The notes under the pieces are model-generated. The model made no database searches, was not told where the DNA came from, and was given only the letters and a program-made list of their open reading frames with translations. A program made the translations under genes and the position numbers. 64,000 nt of DNA, taken from positions 608,001 to 672,000 of the forward strand of contig CBDEUS010000002.1 of the NCBI GenBank assembly GCA_965243395.1, in the 5' to 3' direction. Below are positions 22,915 through 32,898 of the stretch, one piece after another. Source of the DNA: Gammaproteobacteria bacterium (GTDB lineage Bacteria; Pseudomonadota; Gammaproteobacteria; UBA4575). Each line of letters starts with the position of its first letter. The first letter of the stretch is position 1.

Positions 22915-24513
22915 ATGTATAAACAGCTACATGATATTTTGACGGTTATGGGCCGTGATCAAAAGCTTGGATTGTTAGCTAATGGCAACATAGGTCTGGA
23001 AAAGGAATCATTGCGAGTAGATTTAAAAGGTAAGCTCTCTCAACAGCCCCATCCACTAAAGCTAGGTTCGGCTTTAACAAACCCATATATCACAACAGAT
23101 TATTCTGAAGCTTTGTTGGAACTTATAACGCCTCCCATTCAAGGGGTTGCAAATGCGCGCGACTTTCTACACAAAATCCATAAATTTGTATATGCACACT
23201 TAGAAGATGAGTATATTTGGGCTGCAAGCATGCCATGTGTAGTTGCCGGTGAAAAAGGGATTCCAATTGCAAACTATGGTAACTCGAATCTAGGTATGAT
23301 GAAGACAGTTTACCGTCGTGGCTTAGGCCATCGTTATGGAAAAATGATGCAAGTAATTGCGGGAGTGCATTTTAATTTTTCCATGCAAGAAAGTTTTTGG
23401 CCATATTATCAAGCTCTCCTTGGCCAAAAACTAAGTAAGCAAAATTTTATTTCTGAGCAATACATGGGGTTGATACGAAATATTCAGCGTTATGGCTGGC
23501 TGATTTTTTATTTGTTTGGTGCATCTCCAGCAATTTGCAAATCTTTTTTAAGTGGCCAGCCGAATACTTTAGAAAAGTTTGATAGCAAAACTTACTACTT
23601 ACCTCATGCAACGAGTCTTCGCATGGGCGACATTGGCTATACAAATAAAAAAGAAAGTGAAACGGGAGTGCAAGCCTGTTATGACAATTTGCAGTCATAT
23701 ATAAACTGTTTAACGAAAGCAATTGAAACACCTTGTCCAGAGTATGAGAAAATTGGTGTAAAGGTAAATGGAGAGTATCGACAACTTAATGCCAATATTT
23801 TGCAGATAGAAAACGAATATTACAGTTCCATTCGTCCTAAACAGCCTTTAGTTAAAAATGAAAAGCCTGTAAATGCACTTGCGCAACGAGGTGTTGAGTA
23901 TATTGAACTTAGGTCGCTGGACCTTAATTTATATGACCCAATTGGAATTAGTGAGGAACAATTATATTTTCTGGAAACATTCATGTTGTTTTGTTTGTTA
24001 CATCAAAGCCCATTGATTGATAAACATGAACGTGAGGCGATAGAAGATAATGACAGCAAAGTTGCTCATCAAGGTCGTGACCCAAAATTAAAACTTTCGC
24101 GAGTGGATCGTTTATCTACGCTGCAAGATTGGGGGCGAGAAATATTAAGCGAAATGCAAGCAATTGCAGCAATTCTTGATGAGCAAAATAATACTTCTGG
24201 TTATAGTCGGGCCTTACAAAATCAGCAAGCTGTGGTCGAGGATCTTTCCTTAACGCCCTCGGCTAGAGTTCTACAGGATCTGCATGACAATAATGAATGT
24301 TTTTTTGAATTTGCAAGCCGTGTCTCTAAACAACATGAAAATCAACTACGTAACAGTGACTTAAGTGAGAAGGATGCGGATTTTTTCCAAACTAGTGTGC
24401 GACAGTCGGTAGAAAAACAAGGACAAATTGAGGCTTCCGACACACAAACATTCGATCAATTCCTGCACAATTATTTTTCGAACACAGTATCTGAACAGGA
24501 AGTGACGGTATGA
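22915..24513 (+). CDS. gshA: Glutamate--cysteine ligase
   Basis: GLEKESLRV, ITTDYSEALLE, LQIENEYYS.IRPK, GVEYIELR. Confidence 0.96.
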   Translation: MYKQLHDILTVMGRDQKLGLLANGNIGLEKESLRVDLKGKLSQQPHPLKLGSALTNPYITTDYSEALLELITPPIQGVANARDFLHKIHKFVYAHLEDEYIWAASMPCVVAGEKGIPIANYGNSNLGMMKTVYRRGLGHRYGKMMQVIAGVHFNFSMQESFWPYYQALLGQKLSKQNFISEQYMGLIRNIQRYGWLIFYLFGASPAICKSFLSGQPNTLEKFDSKTYYLPHATSLRMGDIGYTNKKESETGVQACYDNLQSYINCLTKAIETPCPEYEKIGVKVNGEYRQLNANILQIENEYYSSIRPKQPLVKNEKPVNALAQRGVEYIELRSLDLNLYDPIGISEEQLYFLETFMLFCLLHQSPLIDKHEREAIEDNDSKVAHQGRDPKLKLSRVDRLSTLQDWGREILSEMQAIAAILDEQNNTSGYSRALQNQQAVVEDLSLTPSARVLQDLHDNNECFFEFASRVSKQHENQLRNSDLSEKDADFFQTSVRQSVEKQGQIEASDTQTFDQFLHNYFSNTVSEQEVTV

Positions 24514-24974
24514 AGAAAGTTGGAATGATCAGTATCACATTACTAGGGATATTTTTTCTTAGTAGCCCAGCACAAGCTGAAATCTTTAAATGGGTCGATG
24601 AAAATGGCAAGGTGCATTACAGCGACCGCAAAATGAGCAGCCAAGCGCAACAAATTAATGTCGATACAGGTGCCGCTACTCTAGGGCAAGATTCAAATGT
24701 TGTTGAACAACGTTTAATGCATCAGCAAAAGTATGTGAACTATTTGCAGTCCGAGCGTTTAGAGCGACAGGAAAAAAGATTGGAAGCTCAACAAGCTGTT
24801 GATAAAAAGAAAAAACTTTGTGCAGCACTACAAGATCAACTTCATAACTATGATCACGGAAATTACCGTTGGTACGATTTAGATGAATCAACCGGTGAAA
24901 GAAATTATCTGTCTGATGATCAAATCGAAATTAAAAAAGAAGAAGTACAAAAAGAAATAGCCTCTAATTGTTGA
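24510..24974 (+). CDS. DUF4124 domain secreted protein
   Basis: Signal peptide then IFKWVDENGKVHYSD. Confidence 0.88.
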   Translation: MKKVGMISITLLGIFFLSSPAQAEIFKWVDENGKVHYSDRKMSSQAQQINVDTGAATLGQDSNVVEQRLMHQQKYVNYLQSERLERQEKRLEAQQAVDKKKKLCAALQDQLHNYDHGNYRWYDLDESTGERNYLSDDQIEIKKEEVQKEIASNC

Positions 24975-24981
24975 GTCTTTA

Positions 24982-25009
24982 AATATGCTGGGCATATTCC
25001 CAGCATATT
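24982..25009. terminator. Hairpin between convergent genes
   Basis: aatatgctggg-catatt-cccagcatatt. Confidence 0.6.
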
Positions 25010-25022
25010 CACACATCAATAA

Positions 25023-25862
25023 TTATCTATGATGGCCCGGAGGATAGGGGGCATAGCCCACCTCATAATCATCTCTAGGCCAAAAGCGATTCTCTCGTTC
25101 ATGATAGTCACTACCACATTCTATAAATCGTTTGTTGCATAGGGTTTCTCGCCATTCGTATTTATAGAAACTTTTCATTACTGCTTTACGTTTAGGATTG
25201 AAGTGCACACGTCTTACATGTGAGGTTTGATGCTCTCCAAAACCTGTACCGGCTTCCGCTTGGTCTGCTCCTGCTGATTCATTAGATGATGTGGAATCAT
25301 TAGAGCGACTTGGTGAACTTGCTTGTGGATTTGGGTTAATTATTTTTTCACGCTTTGTAAAAAAGGGTAATTTTTCTTCATATACTGCGACAGCAATGAC
25401 ACCCATTGCAGAATCATCGCCAAACGCATGAGCATAAGAATCTTCAATATCGGTAAAGTAAAAACGATGAATATCATGAGTGCTAGTGCGCCAACCTGAA
25501 TAAGTTTGGGTTTCATAAGGACCTAAGATATACATATTTTCGCTATGCTTCAGTGTGGATTGTTTACCAGAAATAATATTTCTACCGTCTACTGCAATGA
25601 CTAGTCCTACACGTCGATCAGAATAATTGCGAATCTGCAAGGAGTAATTTTCTCCGTTCAGAGCCTCCAGATACGCACGTTTCTCGTTTTTCAAAAAGCG
25701 TTGTTTCACAGGATAGATGGGAAAATGAGTACCGTTGTCAGCAATGACATGTATGCCAACTGGCGAATGAGGTGCATATTTACTCGATGCCATGCAGGGA
25801 GCTGCTACACTTAGCACCAATAATAAATATAACCACCCATATTCAAGTAGCTTGATTTTCAT
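25023..25862 (-). CDS. Secreted hypothetical protein
   Basis: Signal peptide; VIAVDGRNIISG, GWRTS, GVIAVAVYEE, GTGFGE motifs. Confidence 0.75.
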   Translation of the reverse strand: MKIKLLEYGWLYLLLVLSVAAPCMASSKYAPHSPVGIHVIADNGTHFPIYPVKQRFLKNEKRAYLEALNGENYSLQIRNYSDRRVGLVIAVDGRNIISGKQSTLKHSENMYILGPYETQTYSGWRTSTHDIHRFYFTDIEDSYAHAFGDDSAMGVIAVAVYEEKLPFFTKREKIINPNPQASSPSRSNDSTSSNESAGADQAEAGTGFGEHQTSHVRRVHFNPKRKAVMKSFYKYEWRETLCNKRFIECGSDYHERENRFWPRDDYEVGYAPYPPGHHR

Positions 25863-25959
25863 CTCGTAGGTTCCTTTTTTGATTAAGTTAATAAATTACG
25901 GGTTCTAAGCTTATTAACGTCACAATCAAATAAATGGGTTAAACAGACTAGGAAATATT

Positions 25960-28230
25960 TTGCAGTTAGTTAAAAACACTCCAGTTATTAAGGATTTAGT
26001 ATTAATTGGTGGCGGGCATAGTCATGTGGCGGTGTTGAAAAAATTTGGTATGAAACCATTAACGGGTTTACAAATTACCTTAATAACACGTGATGTACAC
26101 ACCCCGTATTCAGGTATGTTACCGGGTTATATCGCCGGACATTACAGTTATGACGAAAGTCATATCGATTTGCGCCCACTAGCAAAGTTTTGCGGCGCAA
26201 GACTAATTCATGCTCCTGCAACTTATATTCAGCTTGAAGAAAAAAATGTAATTTGTGGTGATCGCCCACCTATTCGTTATGACGTACTTTCAATAAATAC
26301 TGGATCAACTCCATCACATATCGAAGTACCTGGTTCAAAAGAACATTCGCTCGCCGTAAAGCCTATCAATGAGTTTTTGCAAGGTTGGGATGAACTAATG
26401 CAACAAGTGTTAGCAAGCAAGGGAGAGTTTAAGGTAGTTGTTGTGGGTGCAGGTGCAGGAGGAGTGGAAGTTGCACTTGCTACACAGTTTCATTTACATA
26501 ATTTACTTCGTGAGAATTCATATCCACTTGATAGTTTGCAGTTTGATTTAATAGCGGGTACAGGCCCTGTATTAGCTACACACAATACTTCTATACAAAA
26601 ACGATTTCGTCGTGTACTAGCAGAGCGTGAAATCACTTTACATAAAGGAAGTAAAGCTAAACGTGTAAATGCCAATGCTATTGAATTAGACAACGGCCAA
26701 ATATTGCAAGCTGACGCCATTATCTGGGCAACGCATGCATCTGCTCCTGGTTGGTATAAGGAATCAGGGCTGGCTGTCGATGAACGCGGATTCGTTGCAG
26801 TGAATGATTCTTTGCAATCCATTTCTCATGTAGATGTTTTTGCAGCGGGTGATATCGCTTCAGTTGTGGATTATCCGCGTCCTAAATCAGGGGTATTCGC
26901 GGTTCGGCAGGGTCCTCCTCTATATAAAAATATACGGCGAGCGCTCACCAATAAACCTTTAAAAAGACATGTTCCTCAAATTAGTTTTTTAAGTTTGATC
27001 AGTACAGGAGATAAATGTGCAATTGGCTCTAGAGGGATCTTTACTTTTGAAGGCGCATGGATATGGAAGCTTAAGGATTTTATTGATCGTGAATTCATGC
27101 GTAAGTATCAACAACTTCCAGAAATGGATGAGGAGCCTGAACCATTAAATAGCGAATTAGCAAATAAAGACACATTAAAAGAAATTTCTGCGATAGCGAT
27201 GCGCTGCGGCGGTTGCGGTGCAAAGGTAGGGAGTAATGTACTTAGTCGGGTTGTGAATCAACTAACGACGATAAAGCGTGATGATGTGGTTTTAGGTTTA
27301 GATGCACCAGATGACGCTGCAGTTTTGCAAGTGCCTGAAGGGAAAGTGCAGGTGCAATCTGTAGATTATTTTCGTTCATTTATTGATGATCCTTATGTAT
27401 TTGGTCAAATTGCAGCGAATCATAGTTTAGGCGATGTGTTTGCGATGGGGGCAGAAGCACAAGCTGCGATGGCTATTGCTACCGTGCCATATGGGAAAGA
27501 AGAAGTAGTGGAACAACAATTACAGCAGATGATGCAAGGCGCATTACAAGTCCTTAATCAACATAATGCTGCGCTTGTTGGGGGTCACTCTAGCGAAGGT
27601 GCTGAATTATCATTTGGTTTGAGTGTTACAGGTTTAGTTGAAAAAGAAAAACTTTTAGCTAAAAGCGGAATGCAAGATGGTGACGTTATTATCCTAACCA
27701 AACCAATTGGAACCGGAACTTTATTCGCAGCGGATATGCGTGGAAAAGCAAAAGGACGTTGGGTCTCTAAAGCAATTGATTCGATGATTCAATCCAATCA
27801 TTCAGCTGCACAATGTTTATATAAATACGATGTGCATGCTTGTACAGATGTAACAGGATTTGGTGTATTGGGCCATTTAGTAGAAATGTTGCGAATAGGG
27901 GGAGTGGATATATATATCGATATTAATTCTTTACCTGTTTTAAAAGGTGCAATTGAATCGATGCAGCTTGGGATTTTTAGTTCTTTGCAGCCTTCAAATG
28001 TTCGTTTACGTAGAGCGATTAAAAACCAAGAGCAGGCCGTTACACATACCTATTATCCATTATTGTTTGATCCGCAAACTGCAGGAGGTTTGCTTGCAAG
28101 TGTTCCTAAACAATATGAGCAAGCCTGTATTACTGAACTGCAAAATCTAGGCTACTCAGAGGCATGTACGATTGGTTATGTTGAGAAAGAAGGCGCTTCA
28201 ATTGAAAGCATTCATATAAATCTAGAATAA
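25960..28230 (+). CDS. selD: Fusion of FAD-dependent pyridine nucleotide-disulfide oxidoreductase and selenide, water dikinase (selenophosphate synthetase, SenC role)
   Basis: N-terminal LIGGGHSH and GAGAGGVE Rossmann motifs; C-terminal MRCGGCGAKV, DDAA, DVTGFG, LFDPQTAGGLL; Cys (not Sec) form. Confidence 0.93.
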   Translation: MQLVKNTPVIKDLVLIGGGHSHVAVLKKFGMKPLTGLQITLITRDVHTPYSGMLPGYIAGHYSYDESHIDLRPLAKFCGARLIHAPATYIQLEEKNVICGDRPPIRYDVLSINTGSTPSHIEVPGSKEHSLAVKPINEFLQGWDELMQQVLASKGEFKVVVVGAGAGGVEVALATQFHLHNLLRENSYPLDSLQFDLIAGTGPVLATHNTSIQKRFRRVLAEREITLHKGSKAKRVNANAIELDNGQILQADAIIWATHASAPGWYKESGLAVDERGFVAVNDSLQSISHVDVFAAGDIASVVDYPRPKSGVFAVRQGPPLYKNIRRALTNKPLKRHVPQISFLSLISTGDKCAIGSRGIFTFEGAWIWKLKDFIDREFMRKYQQLPEMDEEPEPLNSELANKDTLKEISAIAMRCGGCGAKVGSNVLSRVVNQLTTIKRDDVVLGLDAPDDAAVLQVPEGKVQVQSVDYFRSFIDDPYVFGQIAANHSLGDVFAMGAEAQAAMAIATVPYGKEEVVEQQLQQMMQGALQVLNQHNAALVGGHSSEGAELSFGLSVTGLVEKEKLLAKSGMQDGDVIILTKPIGTGTLFAADMRGKAKGRWVSKAIDSMIQSNHSAAQCLYKYDVHACTDVTGFGVLGHLVEMLRIGGVDIYIDINSLPVLKGAIESMQLGIFSSLQPSNVRLRRAIKNQEQAVTHTYYPLLFDPQTAGGLLASVPKQYEQACITELQNLGYSEACTIGYVEKEGASIESIHINLE

Positions 28231-28249
28231 ACCTAATTAATAGCAAAGT

Positions 28250-28849
28250 ATGTATAAAGTTGCTTGGCTTGGTATTTTTTTCATAGTGTTTATATGGTCT
28301 GCAATTCATCCTAAAGACCAAATCACTTGGTTCTTTGAAGTGTTACCGGCAATTATTGGAATTGTTGTGTTAGTAATTACATATAATTCTTTTCGACTGA
28401 CACAGCTATTATATATTTTAATTTTGATTCATTGTGTAATCTTGATGGTTGGCGGTCATTATACTTATGCAGAAGTGCCATTATTTGACAATTTTAAAGA
28501 ATGGTTTGGGTTTGCTAGAAATAATTACGACAAGGTAGGACATTTTGCTCAAGGTTTTGTCCCTGCACTGATTACGCGAGAGGTTATTATACGTAAAAAC
28601 ATCATTCCAAATTCTTTTTGGCAATATTTTTTCTGTATTAGTTTTTGCCTTGCTTTTAGTGCATTTTACGAACTCATAGAATGGTGGGCAGCGCTTGCAA
28701 TTGGAGAAGGCGCAGATGCGTTTTTAGGAACGCAAGGTTATGAATGGGATACGCAGTCTGATATGGGTTTAGCCTTGTTAGGTGCGATTTTTGGTTTGCT
28801 TACTTTGTCCAAGTTACATGATAAGCAATTGGTTCAAATAAAGTCCTAG
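28250..28849 (+). CDS. DUF2238 (YjdF-like) membrane protein
   Basis: GGHYTYAEVP, RNNYDKVGHFAQG, YELIEWW, FLGTQG..WDTQSDM. Confidence 0.9.
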   Translation: MYKVAWLGIFFIVFIWSAIHPKDQITWFFEVLPAIIGIVVLVITYNSFRLTQLLYILILIHCVILMVGGHYTYAEVPLFDNFKEWFGFARNNYDKVGHFAQGFVPALITREVIIRKNIIPNSFWQYFFCISFCLAFSAFYELIEWWAALAIGEGADAFLGTQGYEWDTQSDMGLALLGAIFGLLTLSKLHDKQLVQIKS

Positions 28850-28852
28850 AGC

Positions 28853-28890
28853 AAAAGAAAGCCCGCGAAGAGTTGTGTGAGCGGGCTTTC
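28853..28890 (-). terminator. Rho-independent terminator oriented for a minus-strand transcript
   Basis: Stem gaaagcccgc/gcgggctttc; longer U-tract on the minus strand (...ctttctttt). Confidence 0.6.
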
Positions 28891-29340
28891 CTTGTAGGCT
28901 TATGTTTTGGTTGTGGTGTTTTATGAATCGAATCTTGCGTTTTGCTATTAATTTGTCTCGTTGAGTAGTGTTCTACTTTTCCAAGACATTGATATTAAGT
29001 TACGCCAGGTCGATTTGCATGTATTGTTTGTTAGCCTACGATATCAAACAATTTGTAAAACACCTACAGTTCATACCCTACGACTTGTGATAAGCATGTA
29101 CAATTAAAACTTCATTATGTTGTTAATTAGGAGCTTTAATAGATTATTTAGCTGATGATTTATTAGAGATTCGCCATTTATTTGGCAAATGAAATAACTC
29201 TAGATCAAAAGTCAACGTTGTTCGGCTACTATGTGTACAAACATGGCCAGGGTATTCACAATTTATATACTCGAATACCAGCACCAAAGTTATACTTTTA
29301 TATTTGATTAAATTTTTTTATAAACATTCAACGTTTTGCG

Positions 29341-29369
29341 TGAAATTATTTATTGTAATCTCAGGTCAT
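29341..29369 (+). promoter_or_regulatory. Candidate ECF-sigma promoter TGAAAT-N17-GGTCAT
   Basis: 37 nt upstream of ATG 29406; same geometry as 14677-14705 and 33716-33744. Confidence 0.45.
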
Positions 29370-29405
29370 ATCAAAGTTAACGTTAAAAATTAAGGGAACT
29401 TCAAT

Positions 29406-29777
29406 ATGCATAAAATAATATTTTCCTTAGTCCTCCTAGTTTTCCTACTACCTGTTACGTTTTCTGCCTATGCGGGAGGCGGGGGTGCTGGAGGACTCAA
29501 CAATAATTTTACCAAGTTAGAATTAATTCTTCATGAAGATTCTATTGACACTTCAGAGGACTTGAACAATTTAGAACCCGGCTTGTATGAATTTCGCGTG
29601 AAAAATGAAACCAGTGAAAAAGTTGAATTTGTTATTCAAGATCTAAAAACAAGTAAACAGCTAGCTAAGTTAAAGATAAAACCAAATAAAACAAAAAAAT
29701 CTCGTGTGAAAATAACTGAAAATGGCTTTAAATACCAAAAATCCAATGGTAACTGGCATGAATTTGCTGTGAATTAG
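29406..29777 (+). CDS. Small secreted beta-rich (possibly cupredoxin-like) hypothetical protein
   Basis: Signal peptide ending AYA, Gly linker, LEPGLYEFRVKN; no Cys or Met in the mature part. Confidence 0.65.
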   Translation: MHKIIFSLVLLVFLLPVTFSAYAGGGGAGGLNNNFTKLELILHEDSIDTSEDLNNLEPGLYEFRVKNETSEKVEFVIQDLKTSKQLAKLKIKPNKTKKSRVKITENGFKYQKSNGNWHEFAVN

Positions 29778-29788
29778 TTAGATGATTA

Positions 29789-30955
29789 TTGATTGATATA
29801 TCAATAATCCTGAATCATGTTAGTGCTATGGCAAAAAGTCACAAACATTTTTCAAAATTTAAGCTATTAAGTTATGTATTAGCAGTAATAGTTGCATTTC
29901 TGTTTTTAGAAGTCTCTGCACGTTTCTACTTTAGCTCAACAGATCTTTTATACCTGCCATACTATGGTTTGTCGAACGAGCAACATAATTTTTTAATATG
30001 GAAAAATCGTCCAGAAAATAATAAATACAGTACAACAACGAGTCCGTACGCTTTTGATATTCATGATGAGCAACTTGGCTGGAAAGTTAAACCTAATGCT
30101 AAGGTAAAACATATCAAACCTGGCTTGTGGGATGTATCAATCTCCACAAATAAGCATGGTCTTCGTGGTAAAAACCCAGATGATTTACTTAATTTAAATA
30201 ATACCATCAGAATTGGTTTTATTGGAGCTTCGCAAACTTTTGGTGAATCGGTAAATGATAACGAAGTTTATGTCTCCCTGTTAGACAAAAAACTAGCAAA
30301 TGCTCAAGTAATAAACTTTGGTGTACGCGGTTACGGTACAGATCAAATGCTGCTTTATTATGAAAATGAAATTAAAGATTATGCATTGGATGTAGTAGTC
30401 TTAGCTTTTGCGTTTCATCATATACCTAGAAATATAAGCAGCTTTACTTTTTATGCAAAGCCATATTTTGTGAGAAACGAGACAGGCCTTAGCCTTGCAG
30501 GTTCGCCTATTCCTAATCAATATGATCTTTTTGATCATGATGCTGAAGTCGATCAAATTCCATTTATAAATAAAAGTGTAATAATGCGGGTAATTTTAAA
30601 ATACTTTAGGAATTACCAGGAGAATAGTATTTATACTGAGAACAGCAAAGTGTGGGAACTTACAAAAACCGTAATAAAACACTTTGCCAATTCTGTGCAA
30701 CTAAATAATACACACTTCATTTTGTTAAATATTGAACATAACTACTCACAGTTAGAAAAAGACTTTGAAAGCTTAGGAAAAGAGCTTGGTATTTATACTA
30801 TAAATTTAGGGCCAACAATCCGTAAATCATTAGCGGCAGGCGAAGAAATTCAAATACATAAAGATAATCATTGGTCCGCCTTGGGACATGAAAAGATTGC
30901 AGACGCTATCTATACAGAATTATGCAACATCAAGCAGGTAGTTAAATGTATTTAA
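29789..30955 (+). CDS. SGNH/GDSL hydrolase family membrane-anchored protein
   Basis: GASQTFGE (block I), NFGVRGYGTDQ, DNHWSALGH (DxH). Confidence 0.85.
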   Translation: MIDISIILNHVSAMAKSHKHFSKFKLLSYVLAVIVAFLFLEVSARFYFSSTDLLYLPYYGLSNEQHNFLIWKNRPENNKYSTTTSPYAFDIHDEQLGWKVKPNAKVKHIKPGLWDVSISTNKHGLRGKNPDDLLNLNNTIRIGFIGASQTFGESVNDNEVYVSLLDKKLANAQVINFGVRGYGTDQMLLYYENEIKDYALDVVVLAFAFHHIPRNISSFTFYAKPYFVRNETGLSLAGSPIPNQYDLFDHDAEVDQIPFINKSVIMRVILKYFRNYQENSIYTENSKVWELTKTVIKHFANSVQLNNTHFILLNIEHNYSQLEKDFESLGKELGIYTINLGPTIRKSLAAGEEIQIHKDNHWSALGHEKIADAIYTELCNIKQVVKCI

Positions 30956-30970
30956 AAAGATGTTTATGCT

Positions 30971-31153
30971 TTAAAATAGTGTATACACAAACGGCGCAAC
31001 AATCGGTACAGCTTGCGCAAGTATGAAGAAGAATGACAATGGTAATAGAATAATGACTAAGGGAATAAGCCACCAATAACCACTTTTATGTAAACCTACA
31101 ATAAGCTCTAAGAGAGTGCTTAAATAAGTATTCGTTGATTGCGTTAATTTCAT
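30971..31153 (-). CDS. DUF5989 (SxtK-like) small membrane protein
   Basis: WWLIP...APFVYTLF C-terminus; follows a carbamoyltransferase. Confidence 0.88.
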   Translation of the reverse strand: MKLTQSTNTYLSTLLELIVGLHKSGYWWLIPLVIILLPLSFFFILAQAVPIVAPFVYTLF

Positions 31154-31180
31154 TTTGTTTGATTATTTGCGTACCATAAC

Positions 31181-32881
31181 TTAAACGTATACACGGTTTT
31201 CTACTACCAAACAGTCTAACTGGCTTTTTTGCAAAAGATCAAATGCTTGCTTTTCGCCTCTGACCATTGGTTGACCTTGAAGATTTAGAGAAGTATTCAA
31301 TAGTATCGGAATACCTGTTTCTTCTCCAAATCTTGAAATTAATTTATGAAACAATGGGTCAATATCTTTATCCACAACTTGCACTCTGGCGGTGTTGTCG
31401 ATATGTAAAGCTGCAGGCATAGAGCCCATTTTATCTTCTAGTGCAGATACTGATAACAGCATGAACAGAACAGCCGAATCGCCTCCTTTTGGAAGTTTGA
31501 AAAACTTACCTGCATGCTCTTTTGTGATGGCAGGAGCAAACGGTCTAAACATTTCTCGATGCTTTATGTTTTTATTAATATGTTGCTTCATTTCTACATT
31601 ACGTGGGTCGGTTATCAAACTACGGTGTCCTAAGCTACGAGGACCCCATTCAAATTTCCCTTGTACCCAGCCAACAGTTTCTTGGTTTACTAGCTTGTGA
31701 ATGACATTGTCAATTAACTTATCTTCATCAGACATTTCTTCCGAAAGCGCTTGAAGCATATCAGTTGTCGTCGCTTGGACACTTTCACCTAAAAAAGCAT
31801 GTTTTTGTGTAAAACGTTTTTTTTCATTTAGTTCAACATGATAAATATATAAAGCTGCACCAAGTGCACCACCCGCATCTCCTGCTGCAGGTTGAATAAA
31901 AATATTTTCAAAGGGGCTTTGTTCCAATATTTTACTATTGGCGACCACGTTTAATGCCACACCGCCAGCTAGACATAAGTTTTTTGAAGGAACTTGAAGG
32001 TATAATTGTTTTACAAGTTTGAGCATACTTTCTTCTAATACGAGTTGTACGCTTGCAGCTATATCAGCGTGCTTGGTATTACCATTCTGATATAGGATGG
32101 GTTGTTGAGGTTTGCGTTCATCGCCTAATAATTTTGTAATTTTAGGACCAAAACTTTTATCCGGGTCAAAAGGGTATCTAAAAGCAGAAACATCAAGTTC
32201 AAAACTTCCATCATTAGAAAATTCCAGCAAAGACCGAATTTGATCTTGATAAGTTGGTTTGCCATAACCAGCAAGGCCCATTACTTTTTGTTCTCCTTCG
32301 TTAACCTGAAATCCAAGAAATGCAGTAATCGAAGAATATAAAAGGCCAAGTGAATGTGGAAAATGTAGTTCAGAGATGATTTTTAAATAATTTTCTGACC
32401 CCTTGCCAAAAGTGGTTGTCGCCCATTCGCCAACACCATCAACGGTTAAAATAGCAGCATCTTCGTAAGGTGAAGGAAAGTAGGCGCTGGCTGCATGAGA
32501 TTGATGATGTTCCGTGAAAAGAATTTTTTTTGGCGCGACTCCAAGTTCGTTCGCAATACGATTTTTTAACCAAAGCCTATCACCAAGCCATAAAAACATT
32601 GCTCTACTGAATGCTTTTGAAGAGCGGGGAAAATGTTTTAAATGAGTAACCAGTATTCTTTCAAATTTACGCAATGGTTTTTCATAAAAAACGATCCAGT
32701 CGATTTCATTTATCGAGACACATCCTTCTTGCAAACAGAAATTAATCGCATTAATTGGAAATGATGGATCATTTTTTATTTGTGTGAATCTTTCTTCTTG
32801 CGCAGCTGCTACAGGAAACCCATCTCTAATTAGTGCAGCAGCGGCATCGTGATAAAAAGCAGATATGCCCAAGATATCCAA
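31181..32881 (-). CDS. O-carbamoyltransferase (NodU/CmcH/SxtI family)
   Basis: ILGISAFYHDAAA, AQEERF, EHHQSHAASA, MGLAGYG, FRPFAP, LLNTS. Confidence 0.95.
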   Translation of the reverse strand: MDILGISAFYHDAAAALIRDGFPVAAAQEERFTQIKNDPSFPINAINFCLQEGCVSINEIDWIVFYEKPLRKFERILVTHLKHFPRSSKAFSRAMFLWLGDRLWLKNRIANELGVAPKKILFTEHHQSHAASAYFPSPYEDAAILTVDGVGEWATTTFGKGSENYLKIISELHFPHSLGLLYSSITAFLGFQVNEGEQKVMGLAGYGKPTYQDQIRSLLEFSNDGSFELDVSAFRYPFDPDKSFGPKITKLLGDERKPQQPILYQNGNTKHADIAASVQLVLEESMLKLVKQLYLQVPSKNLCLAGGVALNVVANSKILEQSPFENIFIQPAAGDAGGALGAALYIYHVELNEKKRFTQKHAFLGESVQATTTDMLQALSEEMSDEDKLIDNVIHKLVNQETVGWVQGKFEWGPRSLGHRSLITDPRNVEMKQHINKNIKHREMFRPFAPAITKEHAGKFFKLPKGGDSAVLFMLLSVSALEDKMGSMPAALHIDNTARVQVVDKDIDPLFHKLISRFGEETGIPILLNTSLNLQGQPMVRGEKQAFDLLQKSQLDCLVVENRVYV

Positions 32882-32898
32882 TGTATTACAACTTAACT

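Noticed and set aside
25914-25942. TTAACCC-N16-CGTTAA ECF-like promoter for the 25023-25862 gene
   Set aside because: Single instance in the window; cannot be distinguished from chance
27190-27230. Possible selenocysteine recoding in SelD (also checked for the radical SAM C-terminus near 43265)
   Set aside because: Both use Cys codons (TGC and TGT); no in-frame TGA at these motifs
31181-32881. Saxitoxin biosynthesis, suggested by SxtI/J/K-like genes
   Set aside because: No sxtA, sxtG or other core genes; this cassette is widespread outside toxin clusters
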